Assembly: GCF_035084215.1 (NCBI RefSeq)
Contig: NC_090370.1
Coordinates: 6,820,001 to 6,884,000 of the forward strand
DNA: 64,000 nt
Direction: 5' to 3'
From: Heptranchias perlo
Taxonomy: Eukaryota
The position numbers and the translations under genes are program-made. Below, in pieces: positions 13,435 through 27,700 of this stretch (position 1 is the first letter of the stretch; each line of letters opens with the position of its first letter). The notes beneath the pieces are model-generated. The model was given only the letters and a program-made list of their open reading frames with translations, searched no databases and was not told the DNA's origin.

Positions 13435-13520
13435 TAAAAGGGCATTCGATAAGGTTCCACACAAGGGACTGTTAGCAAAAATGAAAGTGCGTGGAATTGG
13501 AGGCAACCTTTTGGCATGGG
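13435..13520 (+). mobile_element. CR1 LINE fragment, left of the Tx1 insertion
   Basis: Encodes AFDKVPHKGLLAKMKVRGIGGNLLAW, which continues as VGNWLGD at 18829. Confidence 0.8.
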
Positions 13521-16500
13521 AGAATCTGTGATCCCGAAGGTGGATCTCCCAGGACGAGCTGGATGAGTAGAAACAGCTACAACCTCGTGTAGCTATACTG
13601 ATGTAGAGGTGGATCTCAATGCTGACCGGGGACCGGTCTAACGCCTTTTTACAGTAAGGTGAAGACAGTTTCTTTTTCCCAGCGGACATGGCGACCAGAG
13701 GTTCCAGAGCACCGGGGTACGGGGTGCGCATATAAATGTCAGGCTGACCACAAAGATGGGTGAAGGGCCCACGCCATGGCAACGAGATGTCTTTGTGAGG
13801 AAGGTTCTGTTGTGGATTCGTGCCAGCGGACATCTTCTGTCTGCAGGACTTCTCAAGGAGCAGCTATTTCGACGTGAGCTTCAAGAACGTCAAAGGAGGC
13901 CTGAGGATGTCCCAGGTTTTCAAGGACAAGGGGAAGGGAGCGTCGCTGTCGCTCCTCAACGTGGAACCGCTCTTCGCGCTCCCGCAGGAGAAGGAATGGA
14001 CGCTAACGGTCCACATGTCCAAACCGCATGTGCCCGTCATGGACGTGCTGATGTTCCTCAAGTGATACGCGGATGGAGCGGAGTATCGATATCACGGACA
14101 TGCACAGGATCTGGACCAGCAAGAGGAACATCCAGGCAAAGCTGAGGGCGGATGCTGATGGAAACATCATCCACCTACCATCGAGCTTCGCGAGTGGGAC
14201 GAGTCGAAGATACGTGGTGTACCTGGGGCAGCCCAGAGTGTGCTGATCCTGCAGCAAGCCCGGGCGTGAAGCAGCCTCCTGCAAGGCGATGATCTGCAGG
14301 AACTGCAGGAAGGAAGGCCACCAGACACTGGACTGTCAGGAGGCCAAGTGCTGCAACCTGTGCGGAGAGGCTGGACAACCTGTACAAGACCTGTCCAAAC
14401 CGCAGACTAAGCTATGCACGGGCAGCGAGAGACAGCAGTCATAGCTGCCCCAAAGGAGGCCAGACCCCTGCTCCCCGCTGTGGTCGTACGTGAAAGGGCC
14501 AACGACTAGGAGGAGGACAAAGAGCAGGAAGGGAATGTTGAGAAAACCGACCAAACCCCGTCACCCAGCCCCGAAACTACCCCTGGGAACACAGAGCCAA
14601 TGGAAGGCAAACCAGGGACAGATGAAGGATGGATGATACAAGCAAAGAAAAAGAGGAAGTCCCGCAGGACCAGAGGCACGAACACCAAAGGTGTGGCCAG
14701 CAGCAAGAGGAGCTTAGAGACCCCAACAGACAACAGCGACCACTCCCCGGACGATGACCAAGGAAAGGGGGGAAATCCCACCTTCATCAAAGGAAGAGGC
14801 AAAACGCGACTGTGACCAGCGACACTGACAACGCGCTCCAACTCCAGGAACCCGGGAGCAGCAACACTCAGCTCCAGGGCACCAGGAGCAGCGACCCGTC
14901 CAGCACACCCCTACTCCGGGACTCCGGGAGCAGCAACGCGGAGAGCGAGGTCCCCCAACTCCGGGCAACCGGGAGCAGCATGACGGACGCGGAGAGCGAA
15001 CCACCGGCATTGGACGAGGAGCCTGACCTGGTTGTGGATCTCACAGACACACCACCCCACGAGACTCCGCCGTCGAACCCCGAGCGAGGACCCTCCCCCA
15101 ACGGAGGACAGGCCTCCTTCCTCAGCCCAAGGATTGTCCAGAAGTTCCTGCACACCACACAAATGCAGAATCTGGACCCAGGCTCCCAAATGGACGGTAA
15201 TGTAGACCCCAGACTGATGCAATAGTAAGACCTGAATGTTTTGTTTTCCGCTGTATTTTAAAATGGATTTAAAAATTGGATCCATAAACGTGCTTACCAT
15301 CAAATCAACAATGCGATGTGCCGCGACCCTGGACTACCTGTCCAGGACCAAGAGGGACCTGCTGTTCTTGCAGGAGTGATCCCGCACCTCAGCAACTGTC
15401 AGCAGTGGTCACGCATGTGGACCCACGGGCAGTCGATCTGGTCGGGAGGAAACGATAGTCGCTCGTCGGGCCTGAGGATTCTGCTGCGAGGAGGTCAATT
15501 CACCAAGACCGAGGTTAAGGAGGTGGTGGGGGGCTGCCTGCTCGTAGCAGACATTCTGTACTAGAATGCCCTGCTCCAACAAATCAATGTGTTCCTTCAG
15601 GAGCGAGTGGATGGAGGTCTTCCAGCACCTCCCAATACTGCTGGCGACCGCCAGACTGATCGTTCTCGCTGGAGACTTCAACTGCATCATCGATGCGGCT
15701 GGACGATCCAGCAGGGGCGGTGGTATACTGGACACCACGTCCAAACTCCTGATAGAGGCGATGAACGACGCAAAGCTTCGAGACGTCTTCAGCAACCCTG
15801 CAGAGTAGAGATACACCTGGTCCAGGCCAGATGGGTCCATCCGTTCCAGGATAGGCTTCCTTTTTGTGTCCCTGACGCTCAAGGTCAGATCCACCGACGT
15901 CCAGCCGGTGTTCTTCTGTGACCACTGCCTCCTACTGGCCGACTGCCAATTGCAGGAGGACCAGAGGGCGGGCAGGGGGATATGGAAGCTGAACGTGAGA
16001 CTGTTGACCCCGGAGAACATTGAGGAACTAAAGAGAGGCTGCACAGGTTGGAGGACCATGAAACCCCTCTTTGACACCACGGTGCACTGGTGGGAAGCAC
16101 TCAAGGCCAACATCAAGAGGCTCTTCATCCTCAAAGGTGTTCAGAAGGCGAGAGAGAGAGACAGAGGGAAGTGTCACAGCTCCAGAAAAGCATGCAGGAT
16201 CTGCTCCAGCCGCAGTCGATGGGGGTCGGTGTCAGGGAGGAACTCTGAGAGGTGAAGGGCCAACAAGGCTCGCTTTTCGCCCCCGAGGCCTCAAAGATCA
16301 TCTTCCGGTCCAGAGTCTGCTCCGTAGAGCAGTGTGAGAAGTGTTCGTGCTTCTTCGTCCAGAAGCTGCACAGAGAGACCTCTGTGATCAGCAGACTGAA
16401 GGAGGAAGACGGCTTGCTGACGTACTCGCAGGCTGACGTACTGAGGATCAGCAAATCCTTTTATGCCGGGCTGTACGGCGCGAAGCCCACAAACAGCACG

Positions 16501-18828
16501 GCCTCCCAGTCCTTCCTGTCCTCTATCATGGAAGTCTTAGAGGACAACGAGCGGGAGAGCATGGATCGGCCACTGACCTTGGACAAACTGACAAAGGCTG
16601 TCCAGTCCTTCGAGAAGAGTAGAACTCCCGGAAGCGACGGCTTACCGGTCGAGTTGTACTCGGCTCTGTGGGACTGGATAGGCCCAGACCTACTGGAAGT
16701 GTACAGGGATATGCTTCTGGCAGGCAGCATGTCAGAGTCCATGAGGAAAGGCACATCACCCTCATCTACAAGTAGAAGGGGGAGAGGGAAGAAATCAAAA
16801 ATTGGTGACCTATTTCCTTGCTAAATGTCGACTACAAGATTCTGTCTAGGACCATCGCCAACAGGCTCAAGTCTGATCTGGAGTGGGTGATCCACCCCGA
16901 TCAGAACTGTATTGTACCCGGCAGGATGATCTCTGATAGCCTTGCGCTGCTCAGGGATACGATCGCCTACAAGCAGGACAGGGGGGTGAACACCTACCTC
17001 ATCAGCCTGGACCAGGAGAAGGCCTTTGACAGGATATCCCACACGTACATGATGGACGTGCTCTCCAAAATGGGTTCTGGGGAGGGAATCCGCGCTTGGA
17101 TCCGACTGCTCTACACGGACATCTGTAGCGCAGTCCTAATCAACGAGTGGGAGTCAGAGAGCTTTCCAATCAGATCTGGAGTCAGGCAGGGCTGTCCTCT
17201 CTCCGCAGTCTTGCTCGTATGTTGTATCGAACCGTTTGCCATGTCCATCAGGAAGGACGCAGGTATCAGGGGGATGACGATCCCAGGCAGCGGAGGCTCT
17301 CAAGTTAATGCCTCCCTGTACATGGACGACGTCACCATCTTCTGCTCCGATCAGCAGTCGGTCCACGCACTGTTGGGCATCTGCGACCGCTTCGAGCTGC
17401 CCTCGGGGCCAGTGAACTGAAATAAAAGCGAGGCCATGTTCTTTGGCAGATGGGAGGCCCAGTCCCTTGTCCCCTTCATTGTCAGGTCCGACTACCTGAA
17501 GGTGCTGGGGATCTGGTTCGGGCCTGCACAAAGAACTGGGAGGAGCGGATCGCCAAGGCCAAACAAAAGCTTGGTATGTGGGTGAGGCGATCACTCTCCA
17601 TAACCGGCAGGAACCTGGTGATGAGGTGTGAGGTATTCGCGGTGTTGCTCTACGTGGCCAGGGTCTGGCCCATTCCCCACAACTCCGCCGTCACAGTCAC
17701 CCGAGCTATTTTCCACTTTGTCTGAAGGACCAAGGTAGAACGCGTCCGCAGGGCCATCATGTACAAGCCCCCAGACAAAGGAGGGGAAGAGCGTCCCCAA
17801 TGTCGCTCTGATCCTGATGGCCACCTTTGTGTGTGGCTGCCTCAGGATGTGTGTAGAGCTCCAGTACACAAACACCAAGTATCACTACGTGCTGGGTTTC
17901 TACCTGTCCAACACACTGAGAAGGCTGGCCGAGCTGGTGCAGGACGCCACATCCAGCTGGACCATCCCCCCCCACCTGTGGAGAAGTTCCTGAGGAGGAA
18001 CCCCTTCGACCACAAGGTCGTCAGACAGTGGTCGACACAAAACGTTCGAAGAGTCCTGCAAGGAACGGAGAGGGTGAACTCGATTGGGTTCTTCCCCGAC
18101 TAGATGGTCGATGCCATTTGGCAGAACGTCTCGTCGCCGGAACTGACCAACAGGCACCAGGATGTAGCCTGGATGGTGATGATAAAGGCCCTCCCAGTGC
18201 GATCCTTCCAACACGCACGGAATCTCAGCACCACCGCGAGCTGCCCTCGAGGCTGTGGCGGGGAGGAGACCTTCTTCCACCTCCTAATGGGCTGCCTCTT
18301 TGCACAGAGGGCGTGGAGAGAGATGCGTTGGTATCTGTCCCAGTTCATCCCAAACAGTTCGGTAACACAGTTACAGTAACACAGGATACTGTGCTCTATG
18401 GACTGTTTCCCGGGAGGCACACCGAGACAGATATCACCTGCGGCTGGAAGACCAGCAACTGGGTGAAGGAGGCCCTTTGGCCCGTCCGAAACCTGTTGGT
18501 CTTCCAGCTTAAGGAGCTGTCCACGACCAAGTGTTGCCAACTGGCACACTCCAAGGTCCAGGAGTACGTGCTGCGGGACGCACTGAAGCGAGGTGTGACC
18601 TACGCAAAGGCTCTATGGGGAAAGGTCACCGTGTAAGGCCATCCCACCTTGTATTGTACACGAGTCATAAGAAATACTGTGTTTGAATTGTAATAATGAG
18701 ATCGCCTTGTGTATGATCTGTAGTGTTCTTAGTTTGAAATGTACTGGTTTGGAATTGTGATATTTACTTTGAACTGTGTGTACCTTTAAATTCTACAAAA
18801 TAAAGTATATTTTGAAATTTTTAAAAAA
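13521..18828 (+). mobile_element. Apparently full-length, decayed Tx1-clade (L1 group) non-LTR retrotransposon
   Basis: ORF1 remnant ~13688-15225 with CCHC zinc knuckles (CRNCRKEGH, CNLCGE). ORF2 remnant ~15263-18636 with APE (GDFNC, DH), RT (DQEKAFD, GVRQGCPLS, YMDD) and C-terminal CPRGC..ETFFHLLMGC. Ends AATAAA(18799)...A6. Many frameshifts and stops. Confidence 0.92.
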
Positions 18829-19870
18829 GTAGGGAATTGGTTAGGAGACAGTAAGGATAAAAAGGTATGTACTCCAATTGGCAAGATGTGACTCGGTGAC
18901 CTCAGAGCTCTGTACTGCGGCCACAGCTTTTCACTATTTATCAACGACTTACATGAAGGAATAGAGAGCCGTATATCCAAGTTTGCTGACAACACTAAGT
19001 TAGGTGGCACAGTAAATAGTGTAGATGGGAGCAGAAAGTTGCAAAGGGACATTGATAGATTAAGTGAGTGGGCAAAACTGTGGTAGATGGAGTTCAATGT
19101 GGGGAAGTGTGAGGTCATCCACTTTGGACCCAAGCAAGATAGATCAGAGTATTTTCTAAATGGTGAAAAGCTAGGAACTGTGGAGTTCCTAGAGATTTAG
19201 GGGTCCATGTACAGAAATCACTAAAAACTAGTGGACAGGTACAAAAAGTAATTAGAAAGGCTAATGGAATGTCAGCCTTCATCTCAAGGGAGCTGGAAGA
19301 CAAAAGGGGTGGAAGTTATTCTACAGTTGTATAAAATCTGTTTAGACCGCATCTGGAGTTTTTGTATTCAGCTCTGGGCACCACACCTCAGGATATATTG
19401 GCCTTGGACAGGGTGCAGTGCAGATTCACCAATGATGCTGGGGTTAAAAGGATAAAATTGCAAGGACAGGTTACACAGACTAGGCTTGTATTCCCTAAGG
19501 TATAGAAGATTAAGGGATTACATAATTGAGTGTTGAAGACAATTAAATGATTGGATAGCATAGATAGAAACTATTTCCTCTGGTGGAAGAGTCCAGACCA
19601 AGGGGCATAACCTTAAAATTAGAGCTAGGCTGTTCAGGGGTGATGTCAGGAAGCACTTCACACAAAGAGTAGTGGAAATCTGGAACTCTCTTCCCCCAAA
19701 AAGCTGTTGTGGCTGGGGGATCAATTGAAAATTTTAAAACTAAGTGATAGATTTTTGTTGGGCCAGAGTATTAAGGGTATGGAACCAATGAAGTCAAGAT
19801 ACACATCATCCATGATCTAATTAAATGGCAGAACAGGCTTGATGGGTTGAATGGCCTATTCCTGTTCCTA
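18829..19870 (+). mobile_element. CR1 LINE 3' part, right of the Tx1 insertion
   Basis: RT remnants (SKFADNTKLGG, CEVIHFG), CR1-type C-terminus and 3' tail ending GAATGGCCTATTCCTGTTCCTA. Confidence 0.85.
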
Positions 19871-20480
19871 GGACAGGAACAAGGAATGTGCAATCCCTGG
19901 AGGTGGACCAAAAAGGAAAGGATGTTGAGGAAGATGGAGTGATCAACTGCAGAGGTTCAAGGGATAATGCACCATGGTTGCAGTCATAAGAAGTCATTAG
20001 TGATGTGACTGATGTGATCGCAATGCTGTAGGCAAAGCAGATTGTAGGAATTCTAAGAAGGCATTTTAGGACAAGGGAGCATGGAATGGGGAGGCAATAA
20101 CAGATGAGAAGGGAAGATAGATATTGTTCAACATGTCATGCACTAGATATGCTCAAGTCTGGCATCACACTGCAGGGTCCAGAAATGGCAACTGCGCCAA
20201 AAGTGCAGGGAAGGGAAACTGAATAACTTGGGATGGATGCAGAAACTTGAGTAGATTCAGCATTCAGATTCCAACAGCATATTCAGCCTCTGTTTTATCA
20301 CTTAAACCTCAAACAAGACTATTTCATTTCTGCTATGTATTATTGCCCTGTCATTTCTGATTTTAGCCAGCCCTCAGTCTTTAGGAAAATTTCCCATCAC
20401 AATTCAAGCTTCAGTTAGACAGGATTAGTTTTGATGAAGAAACATGCCAAGGAATGGATTAAGTGAGTTCTTTAAGCTCC

Positions 20481-20486
20481 TTTATT
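20481..20486 (-). terminator. Polyadenylation signal of tubulin gene 1
   Basis: AATAAA on the minus strand about 220 nt after the stop codon. Confidence 0.65.
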
Positions 20487-20708
20487 GCATCTGACATGAT
20501 GAAAAAGGTTATGCATAGACACAAGCAAACATGATCACAGATCAAAGACAACCGTAAAGATTGTTACGTATTCTACACAGTACCAAGCTGGTACTTTTTC
20601 TAACACCCTGGCTGTGTAACATCACACAATAGTTGAACACTGGAATGAAGTGAGCCTGGAGCTTAGATACAAGATGCATGCTTTTGTGAATTAGACAGGA
20701 ATTCAAAG

Positions 20709-21725
<1,017 letters not shown>

Positions 21726-22082
21726 TTAAGAGGTGCTTTCCTCATTTTGCACCTGCTCTCCTAAAAGTAGTGACAACATGGATTCTGACAGCTCCCATTA
21801 CTCCTCCAAATAACTAATCCTATGTAAACTTCAGTAATGAGCACTGCTATGCTACTTATGGGGGCAAATACATCCAAGCCTGATCTGCAGGCAACATCCA
21901 TGCTATTGAAAGGTCACTCGACAGTAGTCACGAGCAGACCCTGGCAAGTCTAGATTGGAGCGGGGGGGTGGGCAGCAGAGGCCAATGTCAACCACAATTG
22001 TGTAACCCAGTAGAGACCACTTCTGCACGGCTCCGCAACATCTTGAATGACCTTTAAATTAAAAAAAAGTTAACAATTTTAC

Positions 22083-22510
22083 AGCCATGGCTCAGGTGGT
22101 AGCACTCTCGCCTCGGTCAGAAAGTTGTGGGTTCAAGTCCCACTCCAGAGACTTGAGCACATAATCTAGGCTAGCACTCTAGGGCAGTACTGAAGGAGTG
22201 CTGCACTATCAGAGATGCCGTCTTTTGGATGAGACGTTAAACCAAGGCCCTCTGTTGTAGATGCAAAAGATCCCATGGCACCATTGGAAGAGCAGAGAAG
22301 TTCTCCCAAGTGCCCTGACCAATATTTATCCCTCAGTCAACATCACCAAAAAAAGAGATTATCTGGTCATTTATCTCATTGCTGTTTGTGGGACCTTGCT
22401 GTGCGCAAATTAGCTTTCACATTTCCTACATTGCAACAGTGACTACACTTCAAAAGTACTTTGTTGGCTGAAAAGCACTTTGGGACATCCTGAGGTCGTG
22501 AAAGGCTTTT
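22083..22510 (+). mobile_element. tRNA-derived Deu-domain SINE (SacSINE1/AmnSINE1-like) in tubulin gene 1 intron 3
   Basis: A box TGGCTCAGGTGG, B box GTTCAAGTCC, Deu-like core GGATGAGACGTTAAACC...AAAGATCCCATGGCAC...CAATATTTATCCCTCA and L2-like tail. Confidence 0.8.
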
Positions 22511-22694
22511 CTTTTATACACCGACCAAAGATACTAGTGATCATACTGACCAGTGTTTCCTTTACTCCCTACTCAGAAATTGGAGCACAATGTGCATCGC
22601 TATTTTTCCAAGCAGCTGAAACAAAAATGAACTTATGCAACAGTTTTTAGTGCACTACCAACATATCCCGTTATTAATCACTTGTTCAGCTCTA

Positions 22695-22898
<204 letters not shown>

Positions 22899-22964
22899 TT
22901 AAAGATAGTTGCGGTTAAATGATGTTGCTTTATTTTTAGTTGCAGGATAGAAAATGTGTATTTA

Positions 22965-23369
<405 letters not shown>

Positions 23370-24502
23370 TTAGGAAATGCGATGTTTTTAAATATTACTT
23401 GACTGAAACATCAGCATACATGCCCAAGAGAGCGGGGCCAAGCGCTCATGTCACTCCGCTAGATCACGGAGGCATTGAGCTGACGCAGGTACAGTGGGAG
23501 ATGCAGTTTCCCGCCGCCACCCTCAGGTGCATTGTAGCCATTTACAATGCTCACTGCGGCACAGCCAACGTGCCTGAGAGCGTCGGCCATATTAACATAC
23601 AGGCTCTGTCATAGATCGTTTCTCTCCATCAGCAGCTGCAAGATGTCTCACAGTTGAATTGACAGATTTGCTACAAAACGACATCTTCATGGCACTCGCA
23701 GCCATTGGCTTTCAAGAGCAATTGAAATTGCAGAGCAAGAATGACTGCATTGTCTACCCTTCAGTTCCCTACTTTTTAAACTGCGCATCTATAATATAAT
23801 CGACGCGGTACTCACCTCCCGCGTTTTTCCCTCTACACCGAAAGACAATCGCTCAAAGCAACCGCCACGAAAGAAGGAGCTCTCTGGCGCGTATTAAATG
23901 TAAAGCATTAAGGAACGCTGAAACCGTACGAATTTACCTGCGGATGAAAAGGAAACCAAAGCCTCTGATTCTGGCGGGTAAAAATGTATTAAAAATGGAC
24001 AGCGACGCCTACCCTTCCAACCCATGCCGTGCATTATACACACACGAGTGCTATTAAGATGACTATTTTTTTGTAAAGCGAATCCCCCTTACAGCGACAA
24101 CAGTCCCTACTCATCGCTGCACATTCGCGCGAAATAATTGATTCAGCGACCTCTCCCCAACGAAGAACACATTTACACCTCTGCAAGGCCAATGTGTTGT
24201 GTCAAATTAGGGGGGGGGGGGGGAGGAAATCATTTCATAACACCGAGCTTTAATAGCAGTAAAGGCGAATTAGGTCTCAGTCTCAATAATGTTCCCACAT
24301 TATTGACTTCATTACTACATTGTTTTCATGCCCAAAATTAAATATAATGTTGCTCTTAAGAAATTGCAACATGTTGATAATAGAATTCATTGCGAAATTA
24401 ATTATTTTAGTACAATTTTGCACCATTGCTATCATCCTAATTATGAACTGCCCGATTATCAAGCTTAATTTTTTTTAAGTGTTAGCAATATTGCATACTC
24501 AC

Positions 24503-24505
24503 CAT
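24503..24505 (-). CDS. TUBA1B: Tubulin alpha gene 1, exon 1 coding part (ATG only)
   Basis: AAAATG|GTGAGT, the ATG-then-intron structure typical of vertebrate alpha-tubulins, about 120 nt downstream of a TATA box. Confidence 0.85.
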
Positions 24506-24619
24506 TTTTTTTCAAGTTATATTAGTTATCAGAATGACGCCTACAAAAGGTGACTGTTACTTTGCTCGACGGTAACGAGTCGATGTAAGTAACCGAATGG
24601 AAAGGACTGAAGAATAGTG

Positions 24620-24725
24620 CTATCTTATACCCACAGAGGTCGGCCTTCGTCCACTCTTTCATTGCTATTGGTTATGAGGAGGAAGGGGGGGTGGGGAGAT
24701 ATGTCAGTCAACTTTTGATTGGGCG
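24620..24725 (-). promoter_or_regulatory. Tubulin gene 1 core promoter (TATA + CCAAT)
   Basis: TATAAG at 24629-24624; CCAAT at 24671-24667 and near 24722-24718; G-rich tract between them. Confidence 0.7.
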
Positions 24726-26774
24726 AGTGCCTTTATTCTAAAACACGTCAGCTTTAACGGTTCGAGTCCCGTTTCAGGAGCTGCGCAAAATAAAAATCCT
24801 GCAGAATGTACCAGAAATGGGGCAGATATTTCTCTTTCTGTTTCGGTTGAGTATTAAAAATGGTATCTGTATATTTTTCCAGCCCTGCTCTTCAATCTTA
24901 ACAGCAGTCCGGCAACGCCTTTGATGTTGTTGTTTCAGAGATAACCATTTTTGTAACAAAACTGGGGGGATAAAGGTTAAAACCCCCAACATTTCATCTA
25001 TTTGATCACATAATATTTGGACAGGCGTAAAGAAAAAAGCTCAAAAGGCAGTTGAAGCTTTAAGAGCGTATATGTATATGAATAATGAAATCCGTTCTCT
25101 GCAGGCATCTGCATTAAGGGCGGGGATCAACGAGATTGCAGAATGCGGTCTATGAGAACAATCTGACCGAGCCCGCAGTTACTGCAGAATTTACATCACT
25201 CCCCCATCATGTATTCAGAAACCTTATTTACGAATGTCAAAAAGGACAGACGCTACATAGTATATTATAATTAAATGTATCCCTTGCAGCATTACTTTTT
25301 AAATGCCTAAGCTTTGCTGTAGTACAAAATTCAATAGAGAATGCTGTTTCTATACCTACAACACAATAGGATTTTAGTGCGGATAACATTAAAATAGAGG
25401 TATGCAATGCAAAACTGCACACAATTCCCTTTATAAAGAGATTTTTTTTGGTGAGTTAATAGGCAGAGGCCTAAAAGCATTAAATATCAGCCTTCTGGTT
25501 CAGTGGTAGCACTCTCGCCTCTGAATTAGAGGTTGTAGGTTTAAGCCCCACTCCAGAGACTTGAGCATATCGTCTAGGCTGTCTCAGGAGCTAGAAGATA
25601 ACATGATAAAAACAAACAACCATCTAATATTTACAGTAACATTTCTGGACAGTATCAAAAGCAATCTCAGAAGCCAAAAATCCTACTACAGAGAAAGAAT
25701 ATTGGATAAATACGTATAAATTACAAAGAACATAACATTTATAGTATCTGATAAACCTGAAGGTCACATGCCCCACAAGTATGCATTACATGACAAATTT
25801 TGTGGTGGGGGGGGGGGGGTTGTGACACTATAGCCTGTTCCTCACACATACTAGAAGGGATCATAAGAGATGCCCTTTATGATCACTGGGAAAGAGAAGA
25901 GCCCATTAGAAATTCACGGCTTCCGGAAAAATAGATTGTGCCGTACAGATTTGTTGGAGTTTTTTGAGCAAGTCACTAGGGTAGTGGATGACGAAAATCC
26001 AGAAGACATTGTCTACCTGGACTCGCAGAAAGCCTTTGATATGGTACCTCACACTGGGTTACTTCACAAGATAGAATCTTGTAATATCAGTAGGAATTTG
26101 AAACGCTGGATTAGGAATCGGCTCCAATTCAAAAAGTTGTAGTTAATGGATGTGGATCAGCTTGGAGACATGTTACTAGTGATGCCCCCAGGGATCAGTC
26201 TTAAGCCTGCTACTGTTCACTGTCTTTATTAATGACCTGGAAAGTTGTGTTGAGAGTATGGTAAGTAAGTTTGCAGATGACACCAAAATTTCTGCAAGGG
26301 TAAAAACAGTAGAGGAGTGCAATCAAATGCAAAAAAGATTTAGATGTGCTAGGGGAATGGGCCACACAATGGCAAATGGCATTTAACTATGATAAATGTA
26401 GTGTCATGCATGTTGGTAGGGCCAACACAGAATATGCATATCATTTGCAGGGAACAATACTGGAAGAGAAAAAGATCTAGGTTTTATTATGCACAGATCA
26501 CTAAAGATTCATGACTAATGTAGAGAAGCTGTAGCTAAAGCTAACAGTTGTATTAATAGAACCATTCAGTATAAATCAAAGGACATCATTTTGTCATTAT
26601 ACAGGTCGATGGTCAGGCCGCATCTAGAGTACTGTGCCCAGTTTTGGTCCCCACACAAGGTAGGTGATATAGTGGCCTTGATAACGATCCAGAGGAGAGC
26701 TATGAGAATGATTCCTAGCTTAAAGAACCTCAGTTACTCAGATAGGCTTAAGGGCCTTAGTCTATTTACTTTAG

Positions 26775-26912
26775 TAAACAATTTTACACAACATTCACCT
26801 GAGGAAGGAAGCCTCCGAAAGCTTGTGAATTTCAAATAAAATTGCTGGACTATAACTTGGTGTTGTAAAATTGTTTACAATTGTCAACCCCAGTCCATCA
26901 CCGGCATCTCCA
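26775..26912 (+). mobile_element. Short Penelope terminal fragment inserted in the CR1
   Basis: Closely similar to 52290-52418. Flanked by the 12-bp direct repeat TATTTACTTTAG (26763-26774 and 26913-26924). Confidence 0.85.
26793..26830 (+). ncRNA. Minimal hammerhead ribozyme motif (shortened stem II)
   Basis: AUUCAC-CUGAGGA-A-GGA(agcc)UCC-GAAA-GC-UU-GUGAAU. Confidence 0.7.
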
Positions 26913-27419
26913 TATTTACTTTAGAGCAGTGTCGACTTAGCAGTGACCTGATAGAGGTCCATAAAATAATTAAAGGGCTGGACCGTGTGTCTATTGATAG
27001 ATTATTCCAGTTTAACAAATTGGGGAGGACCAGGGGACAGGAGTTTAAACTATATAAGAGTAGGAATAGACTGGATGTTAGGCATCCCAGAGAGTAGTGA
27101 GCCTATGGAATACATTGCCGGCTGGTGTGGTGGGTGCTGACTCTCTGCCTGCCTTCAAGAGGGAGCTGGATTGGTTCTTGACTGGGGCAGAGATCACATC
27201 ATATAGAAGGTAAGTGTCTTTATTGATAACACTTGGTCCATGTGATCTCCTGGATTGGTTTCAATTGCCTGAGGGTATTAAGGGTTACAGAACCGTGCTG
27301 GGTAGATGGCAGGGGGGGGGGGGTGCAGTGGTAAGGAAGTGTCTAGTCATGATGCTCTAGCCATCATGGTGTGGGGCAGGCTTGATGGATCAACTGGATT
27401 TTTGCCTGCCCGTCAATTT

Positions 27420-27700
27420 CTCTTGCACATCCCTGATTTTCTTCACTCCACCATTGGTGGCCGTGCCTTCAGCTGCCTAGGCCCTAAGCTCTGGAATTCC
27501 CTCCCTAATTCTCTCCGCCTCTCTCTCGTCCTTTAAGATGCTCCTTAAAACCTACCTCTTTGACCAAGCTTTTGGTCACCTGTCCTAATATCTCCTTATG
27601 TGGCTCGGTGTTAAATTTTGATTGATAACGCTCCTGTGAAGCACCTTCGGATGTTTTACTATGTTAAAGGCGCTATATAAATGCAAGTTGCTGTTGTTGA
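27420..27700 (+). mobile_element. L2 3' end
   Basis: TIGGRAFSCLGPKLWNSLP and tail GGCGCTATATAAATGCAAGTTG. Confidence 0.85.

Larger units (their letters stand above)
25905..27400 (+). mobile_element. CR1 LINE fragment (RT + 3' UTR)
   Basis: GFRKNRLCRTDLLEFFE, DIVYLDSQKAFDMVPH, KFADDTK and LYRSMVRPHLEYCAQFWSP motifs. Confidence 0.88.

Noticed and set aside
15409-16134. 241-aa minus-strand ORF and many other ORFs within 13500-18700
   Set aside because: Antisense or alternative frames of the GC-rich Tx1 element.
22083-22150. tRNA-like sequences (also 25495, 49022, 55281, 57565)
   Set aside because: They are SINE or LINE heads continuing into repeat bodies, without a full cloverleaf and terminator.
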